A stretch of DNA of 61,030 nt, filler included, from Nemertoderma westbladi (Eukaryota; Animalia; Xenacoelomorpha), in the NCBI GenBank assembly GCA_032718475.1. It is 3 parts of 3 records of this genome, joined end to end, with 100 filler letters (N's around TTAATTAATTAA, not from the genome) between each part and the next. Parts side by side here need not be neighbours in the genome. Positions count along the whole stretch, not along the records: positions 28,127 to 49,478 come from JAUCBJ010008267.1; positions 49,579 to 61,030 come from JAUCBJ010002856.1; 1 more part is not named here. The stretch is one strand, 5' to 3'. Below are positions 39,524 to 51,460 of the stretch, in pieces; position 1 is the first letter of the stretch, and each line of letters starts with the position of its first letter. A model generated the notes under the pieces. The model worked only from the letters and a program-made list of their open reading frames with translations. It had not been told where the DNA came from and ran no database searches. Made by a program: the position numbers and the translations under genes.

Positions 39524-40554
39524 GTGGAATAACTAAGTACTGTGATAGTAGTGATCGTAAAACATAAATACAACGAAATACTGTTCAAAATTTATTTTCC
39601 AGTATAAAAAATTTCCGTGAACGTGGTATTTATGTTGTTAAAGAATTAGAAAGTGGTCATTTTAATAAATTATGGTCATATGAACTTATAGGATATTAAA
39701 TATACACTACTATACACACACCAAATATGAATACTCAATCTCATAGATAAGAAGTACAGTTCACTTCATGAACACTACTAAAGATATATCTACAGTAGTA
39801 GTGATTCTTAAGGTACATTGTGAAAGGTATATAATTAATAAAGATATATTGAATAAACACCATAAATATTCATTGGTCGTTGCTCTTTTTTTCTAAAAAA
39901 ATATAACAAGTGCATAACGATTTCAAGTGTGAGTCCGTAACATTTTTTTCTGTGAGTCCGTAACGAACAATTTCTCTATAAATGAGGTTTACCACCATAT
40001 GTTTCTGCTATTAACTTACAAATGTACAAAATTTGATGTATCTACCTCGCATTGTGAAAGTTATAACGTATGGCGTTAAACATTTCAAGATAATTTGTCA
40101 AAATAAAATTGGGTAATTTTTCGTTGTCCAATTGCATGTGAGTCCGTAATGGGTACTATATATATTTACAATATCCTATGAATCAAATGAGATACAACTC
40201 TTTTTGATCAAGTCAAACTAAAGATGTACCATTAATCCATCAGCCACCATCGGTAAATGTTATTTATATTGTAAAGTTGTTAATTAAATATGCCAATTAA
40301 ATTCGAAAATTGCATATGAATGTGAGTCCGTAACGATGGAATTGCCCAATACTGAAACCTAATAACAGAATAAGTAATAGGCCATAGGCAATATTAGATG
40401 GTATGTACTAAAAGGTAGAACGATCTATAACGGGCTTTAACGATCTAATCGAATTCAATTCAAAGAGCGAATCCAATTCACTGCACTACCCAGCAGAAAA
40501 TGGGGAAAGTGGCTTTTTACCATTATAGTTGGCTAGGTGACATTAGAAATATAA

Positions 40555-43500
40555 TGTCACCTAACAACCAACAAAGGCAATATACATTGCCAGCCACAAG
40601 TAGAGATGAGAGGCTACAGGCCATCTCAGGGGGATGAAGGGAACTAGCACGTGGGCATAAGGGAACAGGGAGTGCCAAAGGAAGGATAGGTTAGACAATG
40701 ACGGGGCAGAACGCCATCTGATTGGGATGCATCCATTGGCTAGGCCACGTAGCAAGTAGCAGTGTTCCATATGTGTTAGTAATATAACCGTTGCATTTAT
40801 TACCTGTTGTTCAGTTGGTTTGTGTAGAGCTGTGAAAGCAAGACGGTTTCAACCGTCGTCGACAGTAACCGTGCTATTATTATATTCTGATTGTGCTATT
40901 ATTGTATTCTGACATTACGAAGAACTGCCACTAAAAACTCAGTTATTCTATCGGCCTCCGGCCTTTCAGACTCAGGTACTATAAGCATTTCAGCAGCCAG
41001 CGGATGCGGCAACGCGTATTAACCAAAAGCAAACACATCGGCCAGGATTCCCTCGCCAACTCGGGGATCCTGTCACAGTTGAAACCCATGCTTGGAAGTT
41101 GAAACCCTAAAACTTTGAGAACAGTTGAAACCTACGCTTGTAAGTTGAAACCCAGCTTAGTTGACATCTCGCTTTAGAAAACAAACTGTGACAACACACC
41201 AAGGAGATGAAAACGATGAGCGAACAACCACCCCAAGGTCCAGAGGGGGAAGGAAGCCCGCCGCACACCCCGAGCATAGAGACCAAACGATTCGGGAGGC
41301 AGCGACTAGGCGGTACCGGCCCGCCACACGGGATTCGCCGAGGAGAGACGGTTCGGTCGTCGAAGAGGAGAGCGGCCGAGTATGAGGAGAAGAGGGACGC
41401 GAGTCGGCACGAGATGAGAGCGGCGAGAGAAGTACCAGAGTCGCCGGCCAAACAGTGGCTACAGGCAGCGAGCGGCCCACCGGAATGGCAATGGTAAGGC
41501 CGATGGTACGACGCCGGACGAGGAGAGAAGGTCAAGTTCAGGTGGAAGACGTCGGGACGAGCAATCGCCTACGATGAGGGTACAACGCAACAAGGAAGCT
41601 ACTGAAGGATGCTAAGACTGGAGGAAAGGTAGACCAGCCCAAGTTGTACCGGAGACTCAATGAGTGCAATAAACATTTCCACTACCTAGTCCGATTTGGG
41701 CAGGGGGAACTAGCGAGTGAGAGGGCGAGGGGGGTCGCCACAGAACTGTTCAAATTGTGGCGATCCGAGATAATGCCACCTGGTGTAGTGTACTTAGGGC
41801 CTTATCTAGTGGATGCACGGGGAATTAAGTTAGTGGGAGGGGCGGATCCGAACGACACCAAACTCGAGGTTAACCCCGAGGATTCGGTGTCGTTGGTTAG
41901 TAGAAATGCTAACAAGCATGGCAAAATTAGTAGAACGAACAGGCGACGGGAGTCCGTCGCAACCGAAAAGTCCACTACATCCTCCGTGAAAGCAAGAATG
42001 GTGTTAGAGATAGATCTGGCTTGTCAGCTAGACATGGTCGCATTAGACCAAAAGGAAGTAGAGAGACAGCTGGATGAGGGGACTGTGTTATTAGAAAGAG
42101 AAAGGGAGCTAGCGAGAGAGTGTAAAGAGAGGGCTGAGAAGGTGGCGAGAAAGTATAGAGAACATGAGGAGATGGAAATGAATGAGCGCAAAGAGCGGGA
42201 TGCGAGGGAGGGAGAGAGGGTTGAGAGGGAAGTGAATGAGCGCAAGGAGTGGGATGTGAGGGAGGCAGAGAGGGTTGAGAGAGAAATGAACGAGCGTAAA
42301 GAGCAGGACACAAGGAAAGCAGCGAGGGTTGAGAGAGAAGAGAATGAGAGCAAAGAGCGGGACGCAAGGAAAGCTGAGAGGATTGCGAGGGAGGCAGAGT
42401 TAGTCGATCAGAGTGTTAGAGAGGACAGAGAGAGAGATAGGGTGGGTAAAAGAATGAGGGATGATATGCACGCCCGGTTGAGGGGGTTAATGCAGTATCA
42501 GGCGAAACAAAAACGCCGATGCGAAGGCTGGTTCGGGAAGCATTTATGAGGAACCAGGGGTGATGGAAATCTTTGTTAATAACCCACTTACAGGTACCGG
42601 ACGACAGACCCAGAACTGGTGTGACGAGACGGATGGGGGGGGGGGGGGGGGGGGGGGTAATGACAATATGTTTCATGAGAATGTTAATATTAATAATACA
42701 ATAGTAGATAACCCTAATAATAATAAAACATTTCTTGCAGGAAGCAATGTTTTAATATATAATAATGTAAATATTGGTGCGCCGGACAATCCAAATAATT
42801 TAAATAATAATGCTAGTAGTGATATGGTAAATAGCAATATAATAAATAATCCCGGTGAAATAAGTCAAAATAATCTAAATAATAATGTAATAAATAATCA
42901 CGGCGAGGCTAGTGGCGGTATAATTAATATAAACGTTGATGGGGTAAATAATCGCCTAGCGGGGGCCTACAAGGTGACGCGATTGCGCAGAGAGAAACAC
43001 AGGCAAATGAACCGTAGAAGAACAGTAGAGTTCATCCAGGAGGTCGATACGAGACCTCATGAATGTGGATATAATGCCGAAACCTGAGGACACGAGGAGG
43101 AACGAGGAGATGTTGCTACGGGCAACCAGAGACATCAAGACAGGACGGACAGTGAACCGACGATAGTTGAACTAGAGAGGGAGGGCCGGTGGGGTTGTAC
43201 TTCGGGAGATTGTTGTTGCCCCGGAGAAACACAGCCTGGCAAAATATATCACACACCGGGTGAGGGGTATAGAGTGTACCGGAACGAGGAGGAATGTAGA
43301 CGAAGGGATCGAAGAGAAACTTCCCGTTGGAAAGTAGCTACCAATCGACGATATGGTAGTCGCGGGGAGGAGTTCTCGGAATATTCAAGAAGATTAATCT
43401 TCGATCTGGAGGAGCACAGACAGACTGCAGGACATACTGTAGGTCTTACTGCACATACTATAGGCCATGCTGGGAGAGATAGTGTAGGTGATAGGCCGGG

Positions 43501-46430
43501 ATTGGACCCGGCATTCGGATGCAGGGATATAATACATACCCAAGGGAGGGGGGGGGGGTATTGTAGATAGGTGTATGGGCCCCAATATAATGACATCTAC
43601 CCCAGTGCCAAATATAACATCGGTGGGGGGGGGGGGGGGGGGGGGGGCAGGGTGACATTCCCCCATTACCGTAACCACAATACACACAACCAAAATTTAA
43701 AATCGCGACCCCCTCAGATCTAAATAGATCATGCGACATGGAGATATGGAGGGGACCGCTACCCCCGATGATTATCCTACCCAGGGAAAGTCGACGAACC
43801 CGAGAGGCGAAGCACAATCAACATCGAAGGAGCCTGCATCCATACCATCGAGCGCGCTGGAAATTCAAGCGATGGGAATGGTAGCGCTCCTCAACGTGCT
43901 GAAAACTAGAATAGAGCTGCCACCAGGCATGGGGTTTGATGGTAGCAAGCCGGAAGAATATCTACAGTTCTGGAGGATGTACAGCAATTAGGTTTTAACG
44001 AAAAATCTTACACAGGCGGAGTGGAGTGCCTTAAATATCTATACAGGGGGGCCAGCCTACGACATTGTGAGGCAATACCAAGGAATTGAAGAAGGATTTA
44101 CAATGGCGTGGAGAGCCTTGGATAGGGAATTTGGCCATCCTGCGAAGATTATCCAACAAACCTTAAGCGGAATAACATCAGGTGGACTCGCAGATAACCC
44201 TGTTAGTATCAAGACCTTTGCTAACAAAGTAGAAAAGGAACTGATATTCTTAAAGACCCTAGATGCACCATACAAACTCAACGAATCAAATAACATTACA
44301 ACCATAGTACAGGCACTACCGATTTGGTTAAGGAACAAATGGAGAAAGATCGCTTTCTTTACTCGAGAGAAGAAGGGTGCGGAGCCAGGGTTGGAGGAGA
44401 TGTCGAACTTCCTTAACTACAAGGCGGAGTTGATAATGGATCCAGTCTATAGTGAGGAAAGTCTCAGTAAGGTACCAAAAGCAGCATGCAGCCGACCTAA
44501 AGCGGAACATAGTGCGGTGGATGCACTTCCGAAAGTAAGGCAGTGGCTACCGCATGCGGCCCCACAGGGGACTACAAGTCCACAGAGCCCTGGGAGTAGA
44601 GCCACATCGTGGTAGGGACAGAGACAAAACAACAACAGCAGCAGATATAAACTTAATACCCCCAGTAGGCCGAGTCCAAACAACCAAAACACTAAACCAC
44701 TCGACATGATTCTGAATGCGATACACGATGCGCTACATGAGGAATGCTACAACCCCGATTACAAATGTCAATTACATAGAAGTGGGACGCATAAGACCAT
44801 AGACTGTAAGCATTGGCAGGCGTTACTTAAACAATATCGTATAGCCTATACTGGAAAATTTGGACTATGTCATTGATGCGCTGTAGGAGGACACAGGAAG
44901 GACAAATGTCAAGAACCACTGATCAAGTATGCTGAGACTGATGGAACTGGAGGCCAGACAATGGCAATGAGCACCATGGGAGTAAGGAGGAAGAGAACAG
45001 TACTACTCAGAGTAGTACCGGTGAGAATAATTGGAGAAAACGGACTATCGGTTACAACACTAATGTTGGTCGATATTGGAGCAGCGTTCACGCTAACAGA
45101 GAGTTGGGTGGCCGAGAAGATAGGATTACAGATCAGGCCAAGTAAAATGGCGGTGACCATGATCTCGAGCAAAGATGAGGTCATGAAGATGAGGATGGGA
45201 TGGTGTGAAATCAAAGCGATAACACCAGGGTGCGACTATGGGGCTACGGTCAAACCCATCCAAATAATAGAGTCGATCAACATCAATGTCAGGCGACCTA
45301 CAAAGATCGAGATCGAGCAATACCGGTACCTGGACGACATTGACTTCTCCGTGCCCAAACTAGATGTTCTGAAAGTGTCTCTCATAGTCGGCATGGACTG
45401 TCCGACGGCCCATGAGAGACTACAAACCATCTTAGGCGACGACAGAGAGCGAGCCATTCTCACGCCATTCGGGTGGACGCTCAGTGGCCCAATAAAGACG
45501 AGGATCCCGTTTAGCATATCCGAATCCTCTGGATGCATGCTGTCCAGTACCGTTGAGGAAATAGATCAGAAGCCAAAGACGGGTGATGGGGGGGTCTCAT
45601 ATGGGAAGCGGCCCGAGCAGAAGTCAAGGATGGGTGATGGGGAGGACCCATATGAGAAGCGGCCCGGGGAAGGATACCAGGAGTCGGGGATGGGTATGGA
45701 TCTGGAACCACGCATAGTAGAAAGGGTGGAGGATGAATCCAGAGAAATACCACTGATAGAGGAGTCAGGATGAGGAGCAACAGCAAGAGAGTGGGCGGAG
45801 GAGAATGGGTTCAATGCACAGGACCTAGAGGCAATGGGATGGAACACGGACGTTCCTGGTGAGTATCAGTACGTGGATGGGGAAGAGTTGAGGGCGAGAT
45901 ATCCGGAGACATACCCGGAAGAGACGCCGATCCAACTGAAGAGTATACCGATACCAGGGGGATTGGACAAGAAGATAATGAGGAAAAGGAAGAAACACAA
46001 GAGAGTTGATCCATAGGGAGAGGAGTCGAGGATAAAGGATGATGGGAATGGGAAAGTTAGAGGAGACGTGTTGAACACGGGGCTGGTAGAGTGCGAGGGG
46101 GCATTAAATGTTAAACCATTTTGCGTATCGAATAATGACCAAGGGTCATCGGGGGCTTTAATGCCAGTGCACATATTGAGGGGGAGGCTCAATTTTTTGA
46201 AGTTGGTTTGTGTAGAGCTGTGGAAGCAAGACGGTTTCAACCGTCGTCAACAGTAACCATGCTATTATTATATTCTGATTGTGCTATAAACTCAGTTATT
46301 CTATCAGCCTTTGGCCTTTCAGACTCAGGTACTATAAGCCTTTCAGCAGCCAGCGGATGCGGCGACGCGTATTTACCAAAAGCAAACACATAAGTCGGGA
46401 TTCCCTCGCCAACTGGGGGATCCCGTCACA
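40555..46430 (+). mobile_element. Degenerate BEL/Pao LTR retrotransposon lacking RT/RNase H/integrase
   Basis: 5' LTR ~40555-41077; partial 3' LTR 46201-46430 matches 40813-41077; ATAA on both flanks. Gag-type FDGSKPEEYLQFW and LDREFG, CCHC knuckles at ~44765-44910, protease-like VLLRVVPVRI..LVDIGA and AILTPFGWTLSGP. Many stops and frameshifts. Confidence 0.9.
43731..45773 (+). pseudogene. BEL/Pao gag-protease remnant
   Basis: Consecutive broken ORFs 43731-43991, 44067-44615 and 44961-45773. The protease active-site motif reads DIG rather than D(S/T)G. Confidence 0.85.
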
Positions 46431-47272
46431 ATAACAATCTATAATGGGCTATAACTTCCGATAAAAAAGCTATAACCACCTATAACGAGCTATAATATGA
46501 CAATTTACATTAAAAAAACGCCCCTTGGGTGTGTTTAACTTTTGGATTAACATGGTGGTCTGAAAAATACCGCAGGTTAAAAATTAGGGTAGGCCTCTGC
46601 CTATGCCTAATTGATACTGGTAAGTTTTTTTTATTGGCCTATATTTCTCACTATATTCCTGTATTCTATATTGACCAGAAGCTGACAGCGGATAGCAGGA
46701 TGGAGGATAGACAGAGCACAGAGAGATGGGAGATCTCTCCACTGCTGCACTGTCTGATAGTCAGATAATGCAGTAGTGGCATGCTGACTAATGCAGTAAT
46801 GACTGATTTCGTGATACCACAAAGATGAAAAGCATTATGGACTAAATAACCGAATTTCGTAACTAAATTACTGACTAAGAAAATAAATCCATTCTAAAAT
46901 ATGTTTTTTTATTGTAAATTTTCAGATTATAGCTCGTTATAGGTGGTTATAGCTTGTTATAGGAAGTTATAGCCCGTTATAGATCGTTATAGCCCGTTAT
47001 AGATCGTTCTACCTTTTAGTACATACCATAATAGATAAGCAATAGGCCTATAGCAGTATAGGTAAGAATACTGAAACTGAATTATGAAGTAGGCCTAATA
47101 CTGTAGGTACATCGGTACGAAACCAAATAACAGAATACGTTCTTCTGAAGGTAATAGGCCTATCATCAGTACGAATACTGTAACTGAAGACTGAAGCATG
47201 CGCCCATGTGAAGAATACCAGGATTTAAACTAAAATATTTGGTGCCGAAATACTTTTTTTTTGGTTGACAAG

Positions 47273-47476
47273 TAATTGTTTTTGGGGGATGAATAATTGT
47301 TTTTGGGGGATGAATAATTGTTTTTTGGGAGAAGAATAATTGTTTTTGGGGGATGAATAATTGTTTTTGGGGAATCAATAATTGTTTTTGGGGGACGAAT
47401 AATTGTTTTTTGGGGACGAATAATTGTTTTTGGGGGATGAATAATTGTTTTTGGTGGATGAATAATTGTTTCTGGT
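47273..47476. repeat. ~21-bp tandem repeat
   Basis: GAATAATTGTTTTT(T)GGGGGAT repeated about 9-10 times. Confidence 0.92.
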
Positions 47477-48340
47477 GAGAGGGATATTCAATATTGGAAG
47501 ATGTGAATTGGTGCTACAAAAAAATTAATTTGGTAGAAAATAATATATTTTGGTGTTAAATCATCTAATTTGGGGTGGCATTCAATTAGTGGCGTAATTA
47601 ATCACCGGAATGCCATCAAATTCTCATTCTCATTGTATTTCGGACACTGGACGGGGACTGGTTCTCTCTCAAGGGCACTAATAAAATTATGTTATTACAT
47701 TATATTTTAAATCGGCAAAAGTGTCTACGAGTATAAATTAAAAATGTTCTTGAAGGTTGAATACTTCCGTAAAGTGGAGTTTGAGTCTGTTATATGCTTT
47801 AAAAATGACCAATATTCATAAAATTTAAAAAGAATGAAAATGGCTGTGATGAAGCGCAAATGTGTGGCGAATTCGAAAATCACTGGCTCCACGAAAAATT
47901 AGCATAATTAAGGGTCACAATAACTCGAAAACAAAACAACGAAATACTGATTTCAGATTCGGAATCAACATAAAATTTTACATCGGAAAACACATTAAAA
48001 AAATATGATGAAAAAAAGACTGGGGGTGAATACCGATACCGGTAGTGATGTTTGCATTGTACTGTAGCTACTGTATTTTATGGGAAACACATCCCGAGAA
48101 GACCTTATCCTTGAATTTACCTAAAGTAAACAAAAGTCAGTAATCTTACTGCGTACATAATAATGTCAACCCACAGGTCTCATCAATGCGGTCACTGCGC
48201 AAACCTTGACAATATTGCAAAGTCCGCTGATATTATTTTCCAACTTTTCAATTATAGTGCGGAACAACCAATTTAAACCATTACAACAACTAAGAAAACT
48301 ATTATTAAAGGGACGCTTAAATATCTTTATAACTATAGAG

Positions 48341-49478
48341 ATGGATTATCTTATTGTATATACCAGTAGTGTAATAGTATTTCTTATTACATCCATATTA
48401 ACTTATAAATGGTTTAACAATCCCCACCGTGGCCTTCATTTACCTTATATGCCACGACTTATGTTCCCCTTTTACGATCCGCGATTCCAAAAAGAGATGT
48501 CATTAACAGGTAACAACAGACCCCAAGCCTTGTTCAACTTATCAAAGAAATACGGCAGTTTAATTCGACGCAGAATTCCGGGATTTCATGTCATGACAAT
48601 CTTTGATTTTAAGGATATTAAAAAAGCATTTGTTGGTGAAGGACAGAAGACAAGTGACAGAGTTAACGTATTTGCGCTATTTAAGGAAATAACTTTTGAC
48701 AAAAAGAGGGGTTTTACACCTGGAGTTATCTCTTCAAGTGGTCGCATTTGGAAGGGAACGCGTAAGTTTACACTTTCCGTATTCCGAAATATGGGATTGG
48801 GGACAAATATCATGGAAGAAAGAGTGATGCAAGAGGCGATCTCATTAACTGACTATATTCATCAAATTAGTGGACCATTCAACCCTAGGGACCTCCTAGT
48901 TGCTAGTGTCTCTAATGTTATATGTGGCATTGTCTTTGGCCATCAGTATGAGTATAATGACAAATATTTTACCAAACAAATTCATTACCTGGACGAAATG
49001 TTCAAACTTCTCGGAAAACCTTCTCTGACATTATTTTGGCGGGCATTTATTAACGTTCCTGGCACAAATGCCAGAAAATTATTTATTATTAATAAAGAAA
49101 TTCAAAAATTTATTCAAGAAGAAATTAACAGCCATAGAAGAAAGTTTGATGAAAACTGCGTCAACGACTTTATCGACGCGTATTTGGTGGAAGAAAAGAA
49201 GCACGGAAGTGACGACGATGTATTTAATGAGTTCGGTTTGTACATAACAGTTCGTGACTTATTTTTCGCGGGCACTGAAACCACAAGCAGTGCTCTTAAT
49301 TGGGCGATACTTTTCATGATTTTAAACCCCATTATTCAAAAGAGAGCGCAGTGCGAAATCGACAGAGTAGTTGGAAGAGATCGTTTGCCGAAACTGTCGG
49401 ATAGAAAGTATTTGATTTACGTTTCTGCGGTCATTGAGGAAGTTCTCAGGAGAGGTTGCATTGTCCCACAGCCCATAA
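48341..49478 (+). CDS. Cytochrome P450, CYP2 clan, intronless over the visible part, 3' end lost at gap
   Basis: Likely start ATG 48341 (MDYLIVY.. membrane anchor), WKGTR (WxxxR), DFIDAYL, I-helix LFFAGTETTS, K-helix EVLR. The heme-Cys motif is beyond the gap. Confidence 0.93.
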
Positions 49479-49578
49479 NNNNNNNNNNNNNNNNNNNNNN
49501 NNNNNNNNNNNNNNNNNNNNNNTTAATTAATTAANNNNNNNNNNNNNNNNNNNNNNNNNNNNNNNNNNNNNNNNNNNN
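49479..49578. other. Assembly spacer with six-frame stop linker
   Basis: 44 N + TTAATTAATTAA + 44 N. Confidence 0.98.
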
Positions 49579-50827
49579 ATTAATATACAAATTAAACTAA
49601 CAAACCAATAAAAAATGCAAATAATAAAACGACTTTTTTAATTTATTCAGGTATAATATATTGTAGGCAGCCAATAAATAAACGGCAAAAGTGCTTGCTC
49701 CATGCTCCATTAGATTCAAAGTTAATTATTAAAATACTTCTCCTACGAAATTATATTACAAAGAATCATCTCTGAGTGTACACAAGTTCCATAACCCAAG
49801 ATTATTTTAGGCATAACGCACCCAGCTGAAGGAAGAAGTATTAGAAACAGTAGTGAATTAAAGTACATACAACAAGCTATCAATGATTCAATGGTAAAGC
49901 ATACAGATGCAATTTATTACCACGGTGTAATGCATAAAACCATCTGCAACAGTGCGAAATCTTAAACCTTCGGAATGACGAAGTATAGGGAATAGTAATA
50001 GAGGAAGGATGTGAATGCTTGATATATTGGAAGCCTCAATTCGGTCAGGCTGTGAGGAAGCATTACAATTCATCTAATGCGAACGGCGCAGCTCACTGAA
50101 CAACTGTCGGACAGGAGTGAAATCAATACAATCGAGTCGCAGTATACTAGGCCACCACTGGTGGTAGTGGGATTTACAATAATGAGAGTAGTTTGGAAAA
50201 CTGGATTGGACAAATCGTGTTTCGCATAGCACATACCCATGTGAGGTTGTGATAAGCATGTGATAAAAGAAGCCTTTCTATAAAATTATATTGAATGTGC
50301 CCTTTGTTTTTTTATGTGTTTCCCCCCCCCCCCCCCCGGGTTCAAAGTTTCAGAAATTTGTTTTACATTAAAACTAGAGCATAATTTAATGAGGATTCAA
50401 AATCTGATATAACGGCTAAGCGAAATCTATTTTAGTTATCGAGTTATCATTGAATCTATTTTAGTTATGGCAGTGATTTTTTATGTCCTTTTATTTGACT
50501 TTTTTTGTCATTTTTTTTTTTTACGAATTATGCATAATGACTTTTGTTGTCCTTTTAATGACTTTTATTGTCCTTTTAATGACTTTTTATGTATGTATTT
50601 CTTCAAACTGTAAGACTGCTGATTTCTGGACTGTCAGACAGTTGATTTCACTATGCCTGTGCCAAAACATTCCATGATTCCATGATTCATAGACTATGAG
50701 ATAGATTTCCATATGCGCCTGTGGTAAAAAGACTCTATATTTAATAGTTTGTGGTTGTTGTCGATAATCGATTAGCACATGACGTAGCAAAACACTCATT
50801 TTATAGCCAAAAACAATTACCAATTGA

Positions 50828-51460
50828 TGGAAAGGAGCAGGTTAAGGCCGAGTTTTCTAACCAAAACAATAAACCGTCACTTTACCAAATCAGGGAAAGG
50901 AGCAGGTTACAGAGACGGGATTTTCTAACCAAAACAATAAACGATCACTTAACTAATTGAGGGAAAGGAGCAGGTTACAGAGGCGGGATTTTCTAACCAA
51001 AACAATAAACGATCACTTAACTTATTGAGGGAAAGGAGCAGGTTACAGAGGCGGGATTTTCTAACCAAAACAATAAACGATTATTTAACTAATTGAGGGA
51101 AAGGGACAGGTTACAGAGGCGGAATTTTCTAACCAAAACAATAAACGATCACTTAACTAATTGAGGGAAAGGAGCAGGTTACAGAGGCGGGATTTTCTAA
51201 CCAAAACAATAAACGATCATTTAACTAATTGAGGGAAAGGGGCAGGTTACAGAGGCGGGCCTTTCTAACCAAAACAATAAACGGTCACTTTACCAATTCA
51301 GGGAAAGGAGCAGGTTACAGAGGCGGGATTTTCTAACCAAAACAATAAACGATCATTTAACTAATTGAGGGAAAGGGGCATGTTACAGAGGCGGGATTTT
51401 CTAACTAAAACAATAAACGATCATTTAACTAATTGAGGGAAAGGAGCGGGTTACAGAGAC
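50828..51460. repeat. 68-bp tandem minisatellite, ~9 copies
   Basis: Unit TTTTCTAACCAAAACAATAAACGATCACTTAACTAATTGAGGGAAAGGAGCAGGTTACAGAGGCGGGA. Confidence 0.95.

Larger units (their letters stand above)
33770..40347. mobile_element. Outer, interrupted DNA element with GTGAGTCCGTAAC subterminal motifs
   Basis: The motif occurs in both orientations at 34235-34435 and repeatedly at 39925-40335. The right end ATGGAATTGCCC resembles the TIR of the 204-1437 element. The left terminus is not seen. Confidence 0.5.
40399..47028. mobile_element. MITE with 10-bp subrepeat TIRs, left TIR split by the BEL insertion
   Basis: TGGTATGTACTAAAAGGTAGAACGATCTATAACGGGCT (40399) plus its continuation at 46431-46520 is the reverse complement of ~46905-47028. 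Confidence 0.85.

Noticed and set aside
41077-41170. Mini-CRISPR suggested by GTTGAAAC repeats
   Set aside because: Repeats are only ~10 bp with 10-16-nt gaps and lie in a retrotransposon leader.
48206-48340. N-terminal extension of the P450
   Set aside because: It begins at TTG; ATG 48341 directly precedes the membrane anchor.
49880-50270. Short ORFs after the second gap as P450 or KLF continuation
   Set aside because: No heme-binding or zinc-finger motifs in the frames I read; multiple stops.
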